DNA of 64,000 bases from the NCBI RefSeq assembly GCF_009914755.1, contig NC_060925.1; one strand, 5' to 3'. Position numbers and translations under genes: made by a program. Below, piece after piece: positions 39,161-52,903 of the stretch (within the stretch, counting starts at the first letter, position 1; each line of letters starts with the position of its first letter). This DNA comes from the human T2T-CHM13v2.0 reference genome, Homo sapiens. Under the pieces are notes generated by a model. That model was given only the letters and a program-made list of their open reading frames with translations, made no database searches and was not told the DNA's origin.

Positions 39161-40539
39161 TGACAGCCAAGCACTGGATCCTTGAGAGTGAGTGATTGTG
39201 CCTCCGGCAGGGCCATAGAGAGGGTCTGTTTCAGATGGAGGTGCCCCGGCGGATGAGGCATCGCAGGGGCACCAGCTCCTCTGGGCATGCAGCCTCTGGT
39301 TGGTGATGGCTCAGTGTGTACCCCAGGGGCTCCACAGACCCTGCAGCCTGCCTGGCGGCCCCTCCCACCCCGCACGGGTCTCAGGCACCAGCAGCCTCTT
39401 CCATTTCTGTCCTCAGTTGCTCTGAGTGCCCGGGGATGGGAAAGCCTGGCCTGAGAACACGGTGAGCTGAGGCTGAGGGCCGGGACACTGTGTCTAAGGC
39501 TCTCCCCGCCCCGCCCGGCTTTGTCAAAGGCCTCACCCCCAGGTGCAGAAATATGAGGGGTAGACCAGAATTCTGGGGCCATCCCAAGTAGACAGAGCGT
39601 GCCGCTCTCCCGTGGGGCCCCCCGCAGGCCTGCTCTAGATGAGACCACCTGTTGGTGGTGGGAACCCTGGGGGGCCTAACCCTGTCTAGTGGTCCCTGGG
39701 CATCTGTCCTGGTGGCCACTCACTGGGATCGCACTCACAGAGATCCCAGAAGAGCCCAGCCTGAATGCAGCCAACAGTGGCACAGGCTGCCAGAGTCCCT
39801 GAGCTCTTCCATCCCATGGGGAACTTTCCCCAAGGCACACGGCCCATATGTCCGGGCCACAGCTCTCTGCTGGCTCCTGCCCATGCTGCCCTGCAGATGC
39901 CAGACCTGACTGGGCTCCTCCAGGCCCTCACAGCCCTGACCACAACTCCAGGGAGGCTGCCTGGACGGCAAGATGGATACCAAAGGAGGTGTCTCATCTA
40001 ATAGTTGGAACGTGAAGCCAGGAGAAGCCTTTGCCACCCATTAGAAAAGCGACCCCTGGGCAGGTGGCGCAGGTGGGGGTATGGCGGCACCATTCACTCA
40101 CTCCTTTGTTTCTGTGGTTGCTGGGTCCTTCCTTCAGTCGACGCCTCTTGGAGCCTCCTGTACGGGCACTCGCCCTCTCTGTGACCCCCACTTCATCCGA
40201 GGGTTCCAGGGCTCAGGGAGGGGCAGGACTTTGCCCAAAGCTACTGTGCAGCTGAGCAGACTCCTGGCCATCTTCCACAAGCTTAGGGAGCATAGGTTTC
40301 CAAGGCCAAGGCTGTGAACAGTCAGGCCCTTCCCCAGAGCCCACCATCCCCTGGAAGAAGCGAATAAAAAGCAGAGAAATAGCAATGACACGAGCAGTTA
40401 CAATAACAGGTGCTATGGAGTCCGAAAATGGGGCGCTGTGTGACCTGGGGCCTCTCTGCGGAGGGGCCTTAAGGGAGTCCATGAGGCTGAGCCGGAGCAG
40501 GATATGGAGCAGAGCTGAGCCTTCCAGGTGGAGGGAGCA

Positions 40540-40955
40540 GCATATCCAAGGACCCCGGGCCAGAAGGGAGGCAGGGGAGGGGTGTGGAGGGGCATCCGAG
40601 GACCCTGGGCCAGGAGGGGAGGAAAGGGGAGAGGCATAGAGGAGCATCCGAGGACCCTAGGCCAGGAGGAGAGGAAAGGGGAGAGGCATAGAGGAGCATC
40701 CGAGGACCCTAGGCCAGGAGGAGAGGAAAGGGGAGAGGCGCAGAGGGGCATCTGAGAACCCCGGGCCAGGAGGGAGGCAGGGGAGGGGCATGGAGGGACA
40801 TCTGAGGACCCCGGGCCAGGAGGAGCGGAAAGGGGAGGGGTGTAGATGGGCACCCGAGGACCCCGGGCCAGGAGGGGAGGAAAGGGGAGGGGCGTGGAGG
40901 GGCATCTGAGGACCCCAGGCCAGGAGGGAGGCAGGGGAGGGGCGTGGAGGGGGCT
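40540..40955. repeat. G-rich minisatellite, ~50-bp unit, ~8 copies
   Basis: Recurrent gcatccgaggaccc(t/c)(a/g)ggccaggagg...aaaggggag. Confidence 0.9.
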
Positions 40956-42902
40956 TGCAGGTCCCATGTGCGTGAGTCCCTGGGGTGCTGACAGGAGGGG
41001 GCTGCAGACAGCCAAGGGCAGAGGGGCTTGGACAAGGATGGAACAGAAGATAACAAACAGACATATTTGGGACATCTCAGAAGGAGAAGGATCAGGCTAT
41101 GGAAATAGGGTCCAAGGACAGTGGGGATGGGCTCATTGGCAGGGATGGGAAGCCCAGAAGCCCAGGGCAAGGGACTGGGCAGTGGAGATGGAAATGGAGG
41201 CGGTGGATATCAGAGGAGGGGTCAAGCAGACAGATGCAGATTTCTGAGCACAGAGAAACCTGAGCTGAGCCACTGAGTCCCCCAGCCTCTCTCTGACCCA
41301 GGGCCCAGGAGGGAGGGGAGACCAGCAGGGAGGCGGGAGGCAGCCCTGGAATCCCTGGTGCCACCTATTGAGGCCGAGGCGAGCGGGCTGTTAGGACTGG
41401 GACTGAGGGTGGTGGACAGGGATGAGACAGGAGCAGGGCTCTGGGTCCGGAGAAATTGCAACCATGGCTTGACAACAGCTTGTCCCTTACGGTTGGGACA
41501 GAAGCCTCAGGGTGCAGGGGGAGCGGACAGGAATGCAGGTGTGGGTGGGAAGGGGCTGAAAACGGACAGGAGCTAGAGGGCTAAGCTGCTAGGCACAGCT
41601 CATGGGGAGGCCTGACGGGCCTGAGACTGATGATGTGAAGGGCCTAGTAGGGGCTGAGGTCCTGTCCCAGTAGGGGGTTGGGGAGGGACTTGGAGGCTTC
41701 CCGGTGGGAAGGTGAGTTGCCCTGCCTGCTTTTCGCTGCCAGGAGAAGGCAGATGCAGGGATGTGTGACTCAAGGGACCCATCCGAGGTTCATGGGAAGA
41801 GGAGAAGGGGTCGTCCTGGTGGGAGAGGGAGAAGCAGACCGCAGAGGCCCCTCTTGGGTCTGGGAGCTCCTAAAATTGCAGCCAAGGCCAGCCCTCTTGC
41901 CCCGGGGCTGCCTGGGTTTGTCCTGGGAAGGTGAGGATGGGAGCTGACTGTGGTTAATCAGGAGGTCACAGTTAGCCCCAGCCAGACAGGCATTATCCAG
42001 CTGGCACCTCACGCTCTGTCCTCACCGCCCAGACCCTAGGAGCCCCCAGACCCTGCCTCAGTGGGTCGTGCCCAGGTCCTTCGCTCTCTATGATCCCTTT
42101 ACGGTCGTGCAGTGCTCCCCAGGGCTCCGCACTGCTCCCCAGGGTTCCTTGGTGCGTGTCTCATAAAGCCCAGGAGGGCGAGGCCAGGCCCAGCCCCCAA
42201 CTCAAGGGCCGCCCTCCAGCCTAGCGACGCCACCTGGCCCCTCTTTCCATTAAGTCTCCGTCGTCTTGAGTCCATCCAGGGCGGTGTGCGGCCGGTCGCT
42301 TAGTCAGCAAGAACCCTGTGAGCTGCAGTCATCATAAATGCATATTTAATAACTATTTTCTTCCTGGGGAAAATGTGCTGCTTCAGAAGTTCAGAAATGG
42401 GCTTCGCTCTTCAGCTGGTAATGAGAAGTTAATAAAAGTGGGATTTTGTGCAACGCTGGCCCTCTGACATCTTAATCTTTATTAAAGAGACGTAAACTTC
42501 CACGGATCGGGCGGGCCTGCCTGGCACAGCCGGACGCCAGGAGAGCCGGGCAGGGGTGGCCCAAGGCCGGCCGAGCACCCGTAATCCACCAGAGAACAAT
42601 GCGCGCCGGAGCCTTTTCGCCCCGAGAGCCCCTCGCACTTACCTCAGTAGACGCGAATTAATTCTCTCCCCCTGAGAGCCCCAGAGAGACTGGGGAGGAC
42701 CGAGCGGTTCGCATTTGCAAAGCTCTTAATCAGTGAACTGCGTTGGAGGCATTGCTGCTCCGCTCCTCCGACGAGGAGAGGGCCCCAGGGGCAGGAGCCA
42801 CTCCCTGGATCTCAGACCCGCTTGTCTCGCAGGCGGGAGGCACGGGCCTGCACCCTCCGCCGCTCCCACGCTCCAGCAGACCACGGTGGGGCATGCATTT
42901 TA

Positions 42903-43210
<308 letters not shown>

Positions 43211-43231
43211 ACGTGCATTTTAGAGCCATCT

Positions 43232-43842
43232 CCTTTTCTTTCTTTTCTTAAACCAGTGTGAAATGTACAAAACGTATAACTAATTATTCTAAAATGGACA
43301 GTCAGCAGTATCTAGTACATTCGGTATTTTGCAGCCGCCTCTGTCTAGTTCTGGAGCATCTTTGCTTGCCCTGAAGGAGACCCTGTACCCGTGAGCAGCC
43401 ACGCCCATCCCCTCTCTTCCAGCCCTAGGCAACCACAAGTCTGTCTTCTCTCTTTCTGCATCTGCTCTTCTGGACATTTCATCTCATGGAGTCATGCAGC
43501 GTGTGGCTCTTATGGCTAAAATGTTCACTGAACATAATGTTTTCAGTGTTTATCCATGTTGTAGCTCGTGTCGGAGCTCTGTGCCTTTTTCTGGCTGAGT
43601 AATATTCCCCTGCGTGGAGGGGCCACACCTTTTCTATCCACTCGTCCCTGACCGGAGGACGTGAGGCTTGTTTGCACCTGTGGGTGTTGTGAATCGTGTT
43701 GCTCTGGGTACGTGTGTACAAGGATCGATTCCCGTGGAGAGCGCCCTGGGTCTGGGATGGCTGGGTCACAATAACGCTATGTCTCACTTTTTGGGGAACC
43801 TCCAGACTGTTTACCACAGTGGCTATACCATTTCACATCCCG
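43232..43842 (-). mobile_element. Old L1 (L1MB-like) 3' end
   Basis: ccagccctaggcaaccac...ttctggacatttcat...tttatccatgttgtagc...ggctgagtaatattcc...ccagactgtttaccacagtggctataccatttcacatccc. Confidence 0.8.
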
Positions 43843-45449
43843 GGGTGCCTGTGTTCGTTTGACTCAGAGCTGCTCAGAAACGAGGAGCGGCCTCACAGAG
43901 CGGCTGAAGGGGCGGCCCCTCCCGCACCAGGGTGATTCCAGCCCCTGCCCCTCCTTCTGAAAGTTGAGCAGAGCGCCAGCCTCTCCCTCAGTGAGCCGCT
44001 TCTCCATCCCGCGCCGCTGCGGGTCCACAGTGGGTGTCGGTGGCAGCATTGGCTCCCAGGCCCACAGGAAGCCTCCCTGGTTCACAGGACACAGGTCCAT
44101 GACGTGGATCCTAAGCCGAGTCAGAAGTGGAATCCAAGCCAGGATGGAGGTGGAAACCCTGAGGAGTCCGCCCTGTTGTTTTGGCTTTGTTGTGACAGGG
44201 GGTGGATCTGCCTGCCGTTCGCAAGCAACGCGGGTGCAAAACAGCCAACCTGGGTGCAGACCTCAGGGGCCTGCGGACCACGGCTCCCCGGCCCTCAAAC
44301 CATGACCCCCGAATCTAACAGGGTGCCCGTTTGCACACACGTGGGAGCGTACGGTGAGCAGGTCCTAGACTTCGGCTGGCCCACTGGTCTCAGGAGAAGG
44401 GCCCGACGCTCCTGCTGCGGTTGCAGTCGCCCCCGGCTCGGCGCGCGTCAGACCAGGTGCGCGTGGAAGTGTGTTTGTCTCCGCTAATCCACGGGGGAAG
44501 GAGAAGGGCAGAGTCTTTGTCAGGCTCCGAGCAATTAGGATAATTAAAAAAGAAGGCTTATTGGGTAAACATGCTCTGGGATTGTGACCCCTTAATTAAT
44601 GGACTACGGGGAGAAATTACAGCAGTGGCAGGATAATTAACGTGTGCACTTCGCAAAGCCGGTAGACCAGGGTGTTGGAGGACGGGATGGCCAGGCTGGT
44701 GCAGGGCGGCCGGGGAGGGCAGACGGGCCCTGCGAGGGGCGAGGCTCATGGGCAACAGTGGGCAGCCTGGCAGGCCCTGGCAACTTGGGGCAGGTCACAG
44801 GAAGCCTTCACCCTCATTCCTATAGCTAGCTTAAAAAAATCCATCACTCTCAGCAGAAACCACAGCTGCCCCTGCAGCACCCCTTCCCCAGCTGTCTGCC
44901 TTAGCAGAGGCACAAGGGTGTGGGAACCCCAGAGTTCCCTGAAGAAGGGCTTCTTACCCCTAACCCCAGCCTCAGAGTCCATTGGGGTCACTAGAGTATT
45001 CTAATATTCCTGGTATATTCGAGGAGGGCAGCCGTGAGCCATGACCCAGTCCAGGGGCTCCCAGCCTGCCCCACCGCATGCCTCAGGGTGAGGGGCAGCG
45101 TGGGAGGCTTCCCCATGCTGCGCCAAGCCAACTTCAGCTGCTGTATTTTCATTTCGCTTTACCTGAGGTGGCCCCATGACCTGGGGGTCCTTCCAAAGGT
45201 TCCCACCCCCAGGGAGCCTGTCCAGGCCCCCAGATCCTTGATAGGCACTGCAGAGGCAGTGAGTCTTGGAGACAGGCGTCTCGGGCTTGTTTCTTGCTCC
45301 CAGGTGGGGAACAGAAGACAGGTGGGTGGGCTTTGGGATGGGCTTTAGAAGGTGGCTCCAGGCCAGAGAGCAATGGCCATGGCCACTGGGCTTCTCAGGA
45401 CCGAGGCTGGTTCAGTCCCAAGGAGCAGGCAGTGGCTGGGGTACCAGAT

Positions 45450-47213
45450 GGACAGCTGGGAGGAGGAGGACGGCCCCAGAGGAACACAATCCCGGAGGAG
45501 GACAGTCGGGGAGAAGCGCAGCCCAGAGTAGGACAGTCAGGAGGACAGTCCCAGAGGAGGACAGTTGGGAGGAGCACAGTCAGGAGGAGCAGTCAGGAGG
45601 AGGACAGTCCCAGAGGAGGACAGTCCCGGAGGAGGACAGTCGGGAGGAGGACAGTCCCAGAGGAGCACAGTCCCAGAGAATGACAGGGAGGAGGACAGTC
45701 CCAGAGGAGGAAAGTCCCAGAGGAGGACAGTCCAGGAGGAGGACAGTTGGGAGGAGGACAGTCGGGGAGGAGCACAGTCCTGGAAGACAGTCCCAGAGGA
45801 GGACAGTCCCGGAGGAGGACAGTCGGGAGGAGGACAGTCCCAGAGGAGCACAGTCCCAGAGGAGCACAGTCCCGGAGGAGGACAGTTGGGAGGAGGACAG
45901 TCCCAGAGTAGGACAGTTGGGAGAAGGACAGTCAGGAGGAGCACAGTCCCGGAGGAGGACAGTTGGGAGGACAGTCAGGAGGAGCATAGTCCTGGAGGAG
46001 GACAGTCCCAGAGGAGGAAAGTCTCAGAGGAGGACAGTCCCAGAGAATGACAGGGAGGAGGACAGTCCCAGAGGATGAAAGTCCCAGAGGAGGAAAGTCC
46101 CAGAGGAGGAAAGTCCCAGAGGAGGAAAGTCCCAGAGGAGGACAGTCCAGGAGGAGGACAATCGGGAGGAGGACAGTCAGGAGGAGGACAGTCAGAAGGA
46201 GGACAGTTCCAGAGGAGGACAGTCAGGGGAGCATAGTCCCAGAGGAGGACAGTCAGGGAGGACTGTCCTGAAAGAGGTGAGTCCCGGAGGATGACAGTCC
46301 CAGAGGACAGTCCCAGAGGATGACAGTCAGGGAGGATGACAGTCGGAGAGGAGGACAGTCGGGGAGGAGTACAGTCCCGGAGGAGGACAGTCGGGAGAAT
46401 AGTCCTGGAGGAGGACAGTCGGGGAAGACAGTCCCGGAGGAGGACAGTCCCAGAGGAGGACAGTCAGGAGGAGGACAGTCCAGGAGAAGGACAGGAGGAG
46501 CACAGTCCCGGAGGAGGACAGTGGGGAAGAGGACAGTCCCAGAGGAGCACAGTCCAAGAGGATGACAGTCAGGGAAGAGGACAGTCCCGGAGGAGGACAG
46601 TCAGGAGGAGGACAGCCAGGAGGAGGACAGTCAGGAGGAGGACAGTCCCAGAGGAGGACAGTCCCAGAGGAGCACAGTCCAGAAGGAGGACAGTCGGCGA
46701 GGAGGACAGTCGGGGAGGACAGTTCCAGAGGAGGACAGTCCCGGGGGAGGACAATCAGGCGGAAGACAGTCCTGGAGGAAGACAGTCAAGAGGAGCATAG
46801 TCCTGGAGGAGGACAGTCGAGAGGAGGACAGTCGGGAGGAGGACAGTCCTGGATGAGGACAGTTGGGTAGGACAGTCCCAGAGGAGAACAGTCAGGAGGA
46901 GGACAGTCCCAGAGGAGGACAGTCGGGGAGGACAGTCCCGGAGGAGGACAGTCGGGAGGAGGACAGTCCCAAAGGATGACAGTCAGGAGGAGGACAGTCC
47001 TGGAGGAGGACAGTCCCAGAGGAGGAGAGTCGGGAGGAGGACAGTCCCAGGGGAGGAAAGTCGGGAGGAGTACAATCCTGGAGGAGGACAGTGGGGAGGA
47101 GGACAGTCCAGGAGGAGGACCGTTGGGAGGAGGGCAGTACAGAGGAGGACAGTGGGGGAGGACGGCAGTTCCAGAGGGGCAGTTCCAGAGGAGCAGTCCC
47201 AGAGGAGGACAGT
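45450..47213. repeat. ~1.75-kb minisatellite of 15/16-bp units GGAGGAGGACAGTC(CCA/CCG/G/A)
   Basis: About 110 variant units, strongly purine-rich on +. Confidence 0.97.
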
Positions 47214-49632
47214 GTGGGCCCTGTTCGCTGAGTCTGCCAGGGCCTCCCAGAGGCAGACCTTGGTGTCTGCCACGCTCCTCCCAGTCCCGGCTGTGGCCGG
47301 CCTGCCTGCCCCGCCACGTGCATGCAGGGGATATGCGGTGGGAGGAAATGCTGGAGATTTTCAAGGGCAGAGACTGGACATTCACGCCAGTGTGGGGCCC
47401 CGGACGCCTCCAGGTCAGAATGAAAGCCCCAGTCCTCTTATACAGATATCCCTCGAGGAAGGAACGAAGCATTTCCGCCAATCAAGGAGGCTACTTCCCA
47501 CAGCTAAACAGAGCCTGGCTCTGCAAGATGTCTAAGAGCCCTGGAGGCAGAGTGAGGCTTCCTGAAAGACCCTTTTCTTCCTAGCAGAGCCTCCCTGGGT
47601 CTCCCACAGTGGGGAACAGTGACTAAGGGAAGTTTGGGGTGAAGAATTCACTCTTAAGCCACTCCCAGCCAAATCCAAAACATAAAGAAAATGGTAGCCC
47701 TTAGGAGCTCAACCCAGTGAGAACCCAAGGCCGTTGTCCTGCAGCGGACGTGGAAATTCTGACCCTGTGAGCTGCCCTTGGGGGTGAACCCATCTAGAAC
47801 CTGTTCCATGACCTGGAGCGTGAGGCCAGGCAGGGGGACTGTCTGGGTAGTCCAGGGGCCCTGGCAGAGAACCAAGGGCTTGCATTTCTCAGCTTTGGCT
47901 CGGGGCAAGCCCAGGCTGCCTGGTGATGTCAGCTGGAGGGGCACCTGGTGGCAGGAAAAGCTCCTGCCTCAGAGGCCAGAGATGATCCTGGCATCACCTT
48001 GGCTGGCACGGGACCATCTCTGACCCCCAGCACGGAAAGCAGCAGCAGGCCGCGGAGTCCTGGGCACAGGGCTCCCTTCTCTCTTCTGCTCCCATCTGGG
48101 GATGTCTCCCCACTACCACCTGCACACACCACCCTCACCGTCTGTCTTGCAGGTAGGATAAGGTGCCTGATCACAAGACCACACATTGCCCTGGGACACA
48201 CAGAATGAGACAGCTTCTCCCAGCCATGAAAGCACCTGTCAGCTGTCTACCAGGGGCTGCCTGGGTTGGGACACGGTGCCCACATGGGTGTCAGGAGGAC
48301 AAGAACTTCCGGTGCTTGCAGACGCTTCCAGAGGTGGCTGGTGGCCAGGCAGTGCTCAAACCCCAGGGAATCTGGCTCACGGTTTCCTCCAGGGCGAATT
48401 GGCAAGGCCCAGGGGCTCTCAGACCGGATCCTGCTCATCCTGCATCTGCAGCACTCCACGGGGACAGGCGTGTGGTGAGAAGGTGGCAACAGAGTTGGCT
48501 GTAGTCGGGCGCTTTAAGGCCCATCTAGAGAGGTAGGGGCTCTGTAGGGGGCTCTCCGTGGGGGCTCTTTAGGTTCCCATGGTCTCTGAGGCCAAGGCTG
48601 GATGTGTTTTTTGTTTGCAGCTCTCAGGGCACAGAGAAATCCATACCCCGGCCCACAGGCACGCGCTGGACTCTGTCCTGGGCACGGCGGCTAGAGTCGT
48701 GCAGCCTCTGCTGTGAGGCTCCTTCCGGGACCTCGGGGAGGCTCGCACTGGGGGCTCGGGAAACACCCGCCTCCTGGGGCTCCATTCTCCAAAGGGACGT
48801 CCCGCCAGTGAGCCTGGGGACATTCATGCTCCACCCCAGCTCCCGTGTGCAGGTCCCCGGGTAACCTGTGTGTTGGCTGCATCGCCTCAGTTCTGCATTC
48901 GTTCAGGAAGATTCGAAAGTTCCCTATGAGATGCCTGTGAGCCCCACCACCACTCGGAGCTCTGCCTGAATGTGGGGTTGGGGGCCAGCCTTCCAGGCCT
49001 GGAACAAGGTGGGCGAGGCCGAGCCCATCTCTGGAGCTGCCCTGTGCCCCCACAGGGAGGGCTGGCTCCCCTGCTGCCTGTGCCGATGAAGGGGACACAG
49101 AGGCCTGGTGGCTTCACGGCTCTGCCACTCCCCAGCCTGGGCTCTGAGGGCCGGACCACTCTGAGTCTCGAGTCTTGTGTCTGCCACATGGTGGGGACCT
49201 GGTCATGGGACCGTCCTGGGGGGCTTACCTGAGGCTGCAGTTACACTAGTGCTGTGGTCGAGAGGGCAGCCGGAGTCTGCGTGGGAGAGGATGTGCGTTC
49301 AGAACCAGAAGCTGGTGCAGAAAGCAGAGAGAGGAAGAAAGGCCCAGAAACAGGGAGGATCCCAGGGGCAGTGGGGAGCAGGAGCAGGGATGAGGTGGGC
49401 ACCATGGCAGAGCAGGTTTTTACCCAGCTCTTAACCATCCCCCAACGCTGGTTTCTTTGTTGGGTATGGGGAGGCTGCCTCCCCAGGGCACCAACCTTGG
49501 ATCACCACCCCAGTGCCCAGAAGAAAGCCTGTTCTGCCATTCGAGGTGCCTTCTGGGCAGGAGTGGGGAGCAGCAGTGACACTTCCACATCTCTTATGAT
49601 CCTACCCATGGTGCCCTTGGCATACTCTGATC

Positions 49633-50048
49633 TGTGTGTGGAGGAGGTGCACATATGAGGGTGCGTGCACATGTGTGTGTGTGGGTGGGTGGGTGTGAGT
49701 GAATGTGTGTGCACATGCATATATGAGCTGCATCTATAAGGGTACATGTCCATGTGTGTACGTGGGTGGGTATATGGGGGCTGCATATATAAGGGTACAT
49801 GCCCATGTGTGCACATGTGTGGGTAGGTGTGTGTGTATGTACGGGCACGTAAGTGTGTGTGTGCATGCATGTGTGTGTATGGCCTGCATCTATGAGGGTA
49901 CATTCCTGTGTGTGTGTGCATGTGGCAGGTGTGTGTGCATGGGTGAGCATGTAAGCACATGTGTGTGCATGGATAGGTGTGTGGGGGTTGCATATATAAG
50001 GGTATATGCCTTTGTGTGCATAGCGTGTGGCTAACTGCATAGGCATGT

Positions 50049-50087
<39 letters not shown>

Positions 50088-50167
50088 GGCTGCTTATATG
50101 GGGGTGCCAGCCTACGTGTGGGTAGGTGCGTGTGCACGTGTGGCATGTAAGTGTTGTGTGCGTGTGT
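49633..50167. repeat. Degenerate (TG)-rich tract with internal larger repeats and a pure (TG)n near 50051-50084
   Basis: Recurrent ggggXtgcatatataagggta and ctgcatctat(a/g)agggtacat blocks embedded in TG repeats. Confidence 0.88.
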
Positions 50168-50259
50168 CCCAGGCACCGTTCTCTCACCGTGGACTTGGTA
50201 TGGGGAGGTAAAAAAAAAAAAAAAAAAAAAAAGCCACTGAAAGGGAACCAGCCGCATCC

Positions 50260-51020
50260 ATCTCTGATGGGTGAATTAGGATCCAAATTTTTAACTAATT
50301 GAGTACATTAAATAGAAAGTCCCTAAGAAAGAAGGGAGGAAAAGACGAATACAAGACACTTTTCAAAGCTTCTTTAATAAAAAGTGTATTTGGGATTTGA
50401 CCATGATGGCTATCCTTGCTTGCCAAAACCTGACGCCCTGGCAGGTAACTTTCATCAGGCATCTCTGAAATGGTACCTAAATGAATTAGCAATAAAATGG
50501 ACTTAGGCCGAGCAGTGGGGGCCTCCATTAATCTTGGGTTAATCACTAAAGAGGTGCCATTCACTTTTCTTAAGAAGTCACATTTCTCTCCCCTTGCTGG
50601 CGACCAGATTTCATAAAGTAACATATTTCTAATGAAAGGTCTCTGCTTGAATTAAACCCTGAAGGTTTATGCAGATTTTGCGTTTGATTACTGCTGGCAT
50701 GGGCTCTTAGCCGGCTGCGGAAGGAAGGTCCGTTCTGAAAGGGCCCCAGCGTGCAGTTCATAATATTCTTTGAAATAAAATAGTGCACTTGTGCTTAGTG
50801 GCTTTAATCAGCCCTGACTTTTGATAGTCAAACAATAGCTAATTACAGTAGCACCTGCCTTCCAGGCTCTGTCACGTCGGCTCCTGCCGGAGCGAGGCCT
50901 TGTCTGCGAGCTGCGTGATTATTACAGACTCTGTCTGCACAAAGTCGCTGGAGCTGACACCCAGCAAGTTTGGTAGCCATTAGGGAAGGTTTATTTTGCT
51001 GCTGCATGGCTGGCTTTTCC
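50260..51020. promoter_or_regulatory. Candidate deeply conserved developmental enhancer
   Basis: Long non-repetitive AT-rich block: GCAATAAAA 50489, GTTAATCACTAAA 50538, AAACAATAG 50830, CTAATTA 50839, many TAAT cores. Confidence 0.6.
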
Positions 51021-52903
51021 ATTACCTTCTTCTCCTTTGTATGTTTGGGGGCAGTGGTGTCGAGGGCATGGAGGCATGAGGAGGCATGTTAGGGTGTGGG
51101 TCCCGGGTCCTGAGACAGCCGGCTTTGGACACATGGCACCTGCTCAAGGCGTTCTTGCTCTGGGGATGCAGGATGCACAGATATGCTGGGAACTTGCTCG
51201 AGATTTGAGAAGGGTGTTGTGAATGCTTGCCATGTACCGACAGCAAGGTTGGACTCTGAGCATCCCCCAGCCCAGCAGGAGCACGGATCTGGCTGGCTCC
51301 CAGGTGCGCCTGGCAGAGCCATTCTGGACGCTTAGGTGAAATGTGCCGCCAGGCACTGGGAGCAGGAGGCGGGCCCAGTGGAAGTCATAAATTACTATCT
51401 CATCATATAAGTCTTTCCTTTCTCATTAATTTTGCCTGGTAAATGAACCTGAGTTTGCCAGAATCCAGCCAAGTGAGTAACATCGGCCTGTCAGCCATGG
51501 GCTTGACAGACCTTGTACGTAACAAGTTCCCGGAAAGGATCAACCGGATATCGGGAATGAAAAAGTGGGGGCACCCCGTCCCATAGACACAGGCCAACCC
51601 AGCCTTCGCTCCTTCCTGCCTGCCTGTCTCTCCCTGGCCCCTCTGCCCACCCCTACCCCGCTGCAGGACACCCCCAAGATGAAAGGGCAAGGAGAAGGAG
51701 GGCCTGGGGGACCTGGCTACCAGGACTTCCGGACAAACAGTTGTCAGGCACTCGGCATGCCCCGAGGTGGGGGGGTTCAGGACGGGTCACCCTGTCCTGG
51801 TGCAGGCAGCACTCCTCGGTGGGGGCAGTTTTGGGCACAGTGCTCGAACCAAACGCCAGAGCCGGTCCTGCCCAGTGCTCCAGTTCCCTCAAGAACTCCA
51901 TCCGGTCCCCTCCAGGAGAGACCGGGCAGGGCTCAAAGGGACCTTCCTCCTGGACTTTAGGTGACCTTTTGCTGAGGGTGACGTGAGAACCACCAGTGAG
52001 AGCCAGGGGGGCGGGAGGGGAGTCATTCCAAACTGGGGAGAGCCGTGCACATCCAGCGTGGAAGTGGGTGGCACCCAGCCAGGCCCTAGTCTCTTCTCGT
52101 GGGGCCAGCGTCTGAAGATGCCCTCCCAAGCCATTCACATTGCGGCCAAGACCATGTTTCCCTTTCTCTGTGACCCAGCTGCGCCCTGTGGGTCTGTGCA
52201 CTCCAGCACACGCGTGCCTGCTGCGGCCTCCCCGGTCTCTCTCACGCCGTGGGTGCCATTTCCGCTCTGCCGGCTTTGGTCTCCGGACACCACGTCGTGT
52301 TGACAATTACCCACAGCCAGGACTTGCCAAAACCTGGAGTTGAAAGGGCTTCAAGGGGGGAGAAACCAACTGGAAAGCTGTTTTCTGTTAAGGCAGGTTT
52401 ATTTTTCCTTGCAATTATGTCTGACTAAAATGTCCTTGTGCGGGAGTCACTTCCCAAGAGAGGTCTGATTCATCCTGCCCTGGGCAGCCCCCCGGCCCCC
52501 GCCATCCTCGCCAGGCCTGCCATTGGGCCCGCGGTGGGAGTCCTGGTCTCAGCACCGCAGACTCCAGCAGCGACCAGGCCTCTTGAGGGGCTCTGTGGGT
52601 CCATCCCAGGATGGAAAGCACCCCTGAACCTCTGGGAGCTCAGGAGGGGAGCGTGGACTCTGCTCGTGCCCGGCCCTGAGCTGCCTCTGCTGTGGGAGCC
52701 TCTCATACCTACATGAAGTCAGCTGCATGAAGACTGGCCAGCGACCCGGACCCGCCCGCAGGAAGGCCCCACGGCCCTAACTCCGCCGGTGTCTGACCCC
52801 GAGCTGTCCCAGCCCATGGCCTAGAGGAAGCCCAGGGTTCACATCCCAGGGAAGCTGCAGGGCCTTGGCAGCATGTTCAGCTCGTCGGCCCCAGCCAGCT
52901 CGA

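Noticed and set aside
45266-47584. Multiple 100-270 aa Arg/Glu/Gly-rich ORFs
   Set aside because: Artefacts of a stop-poor 15/16-bp minisatellite
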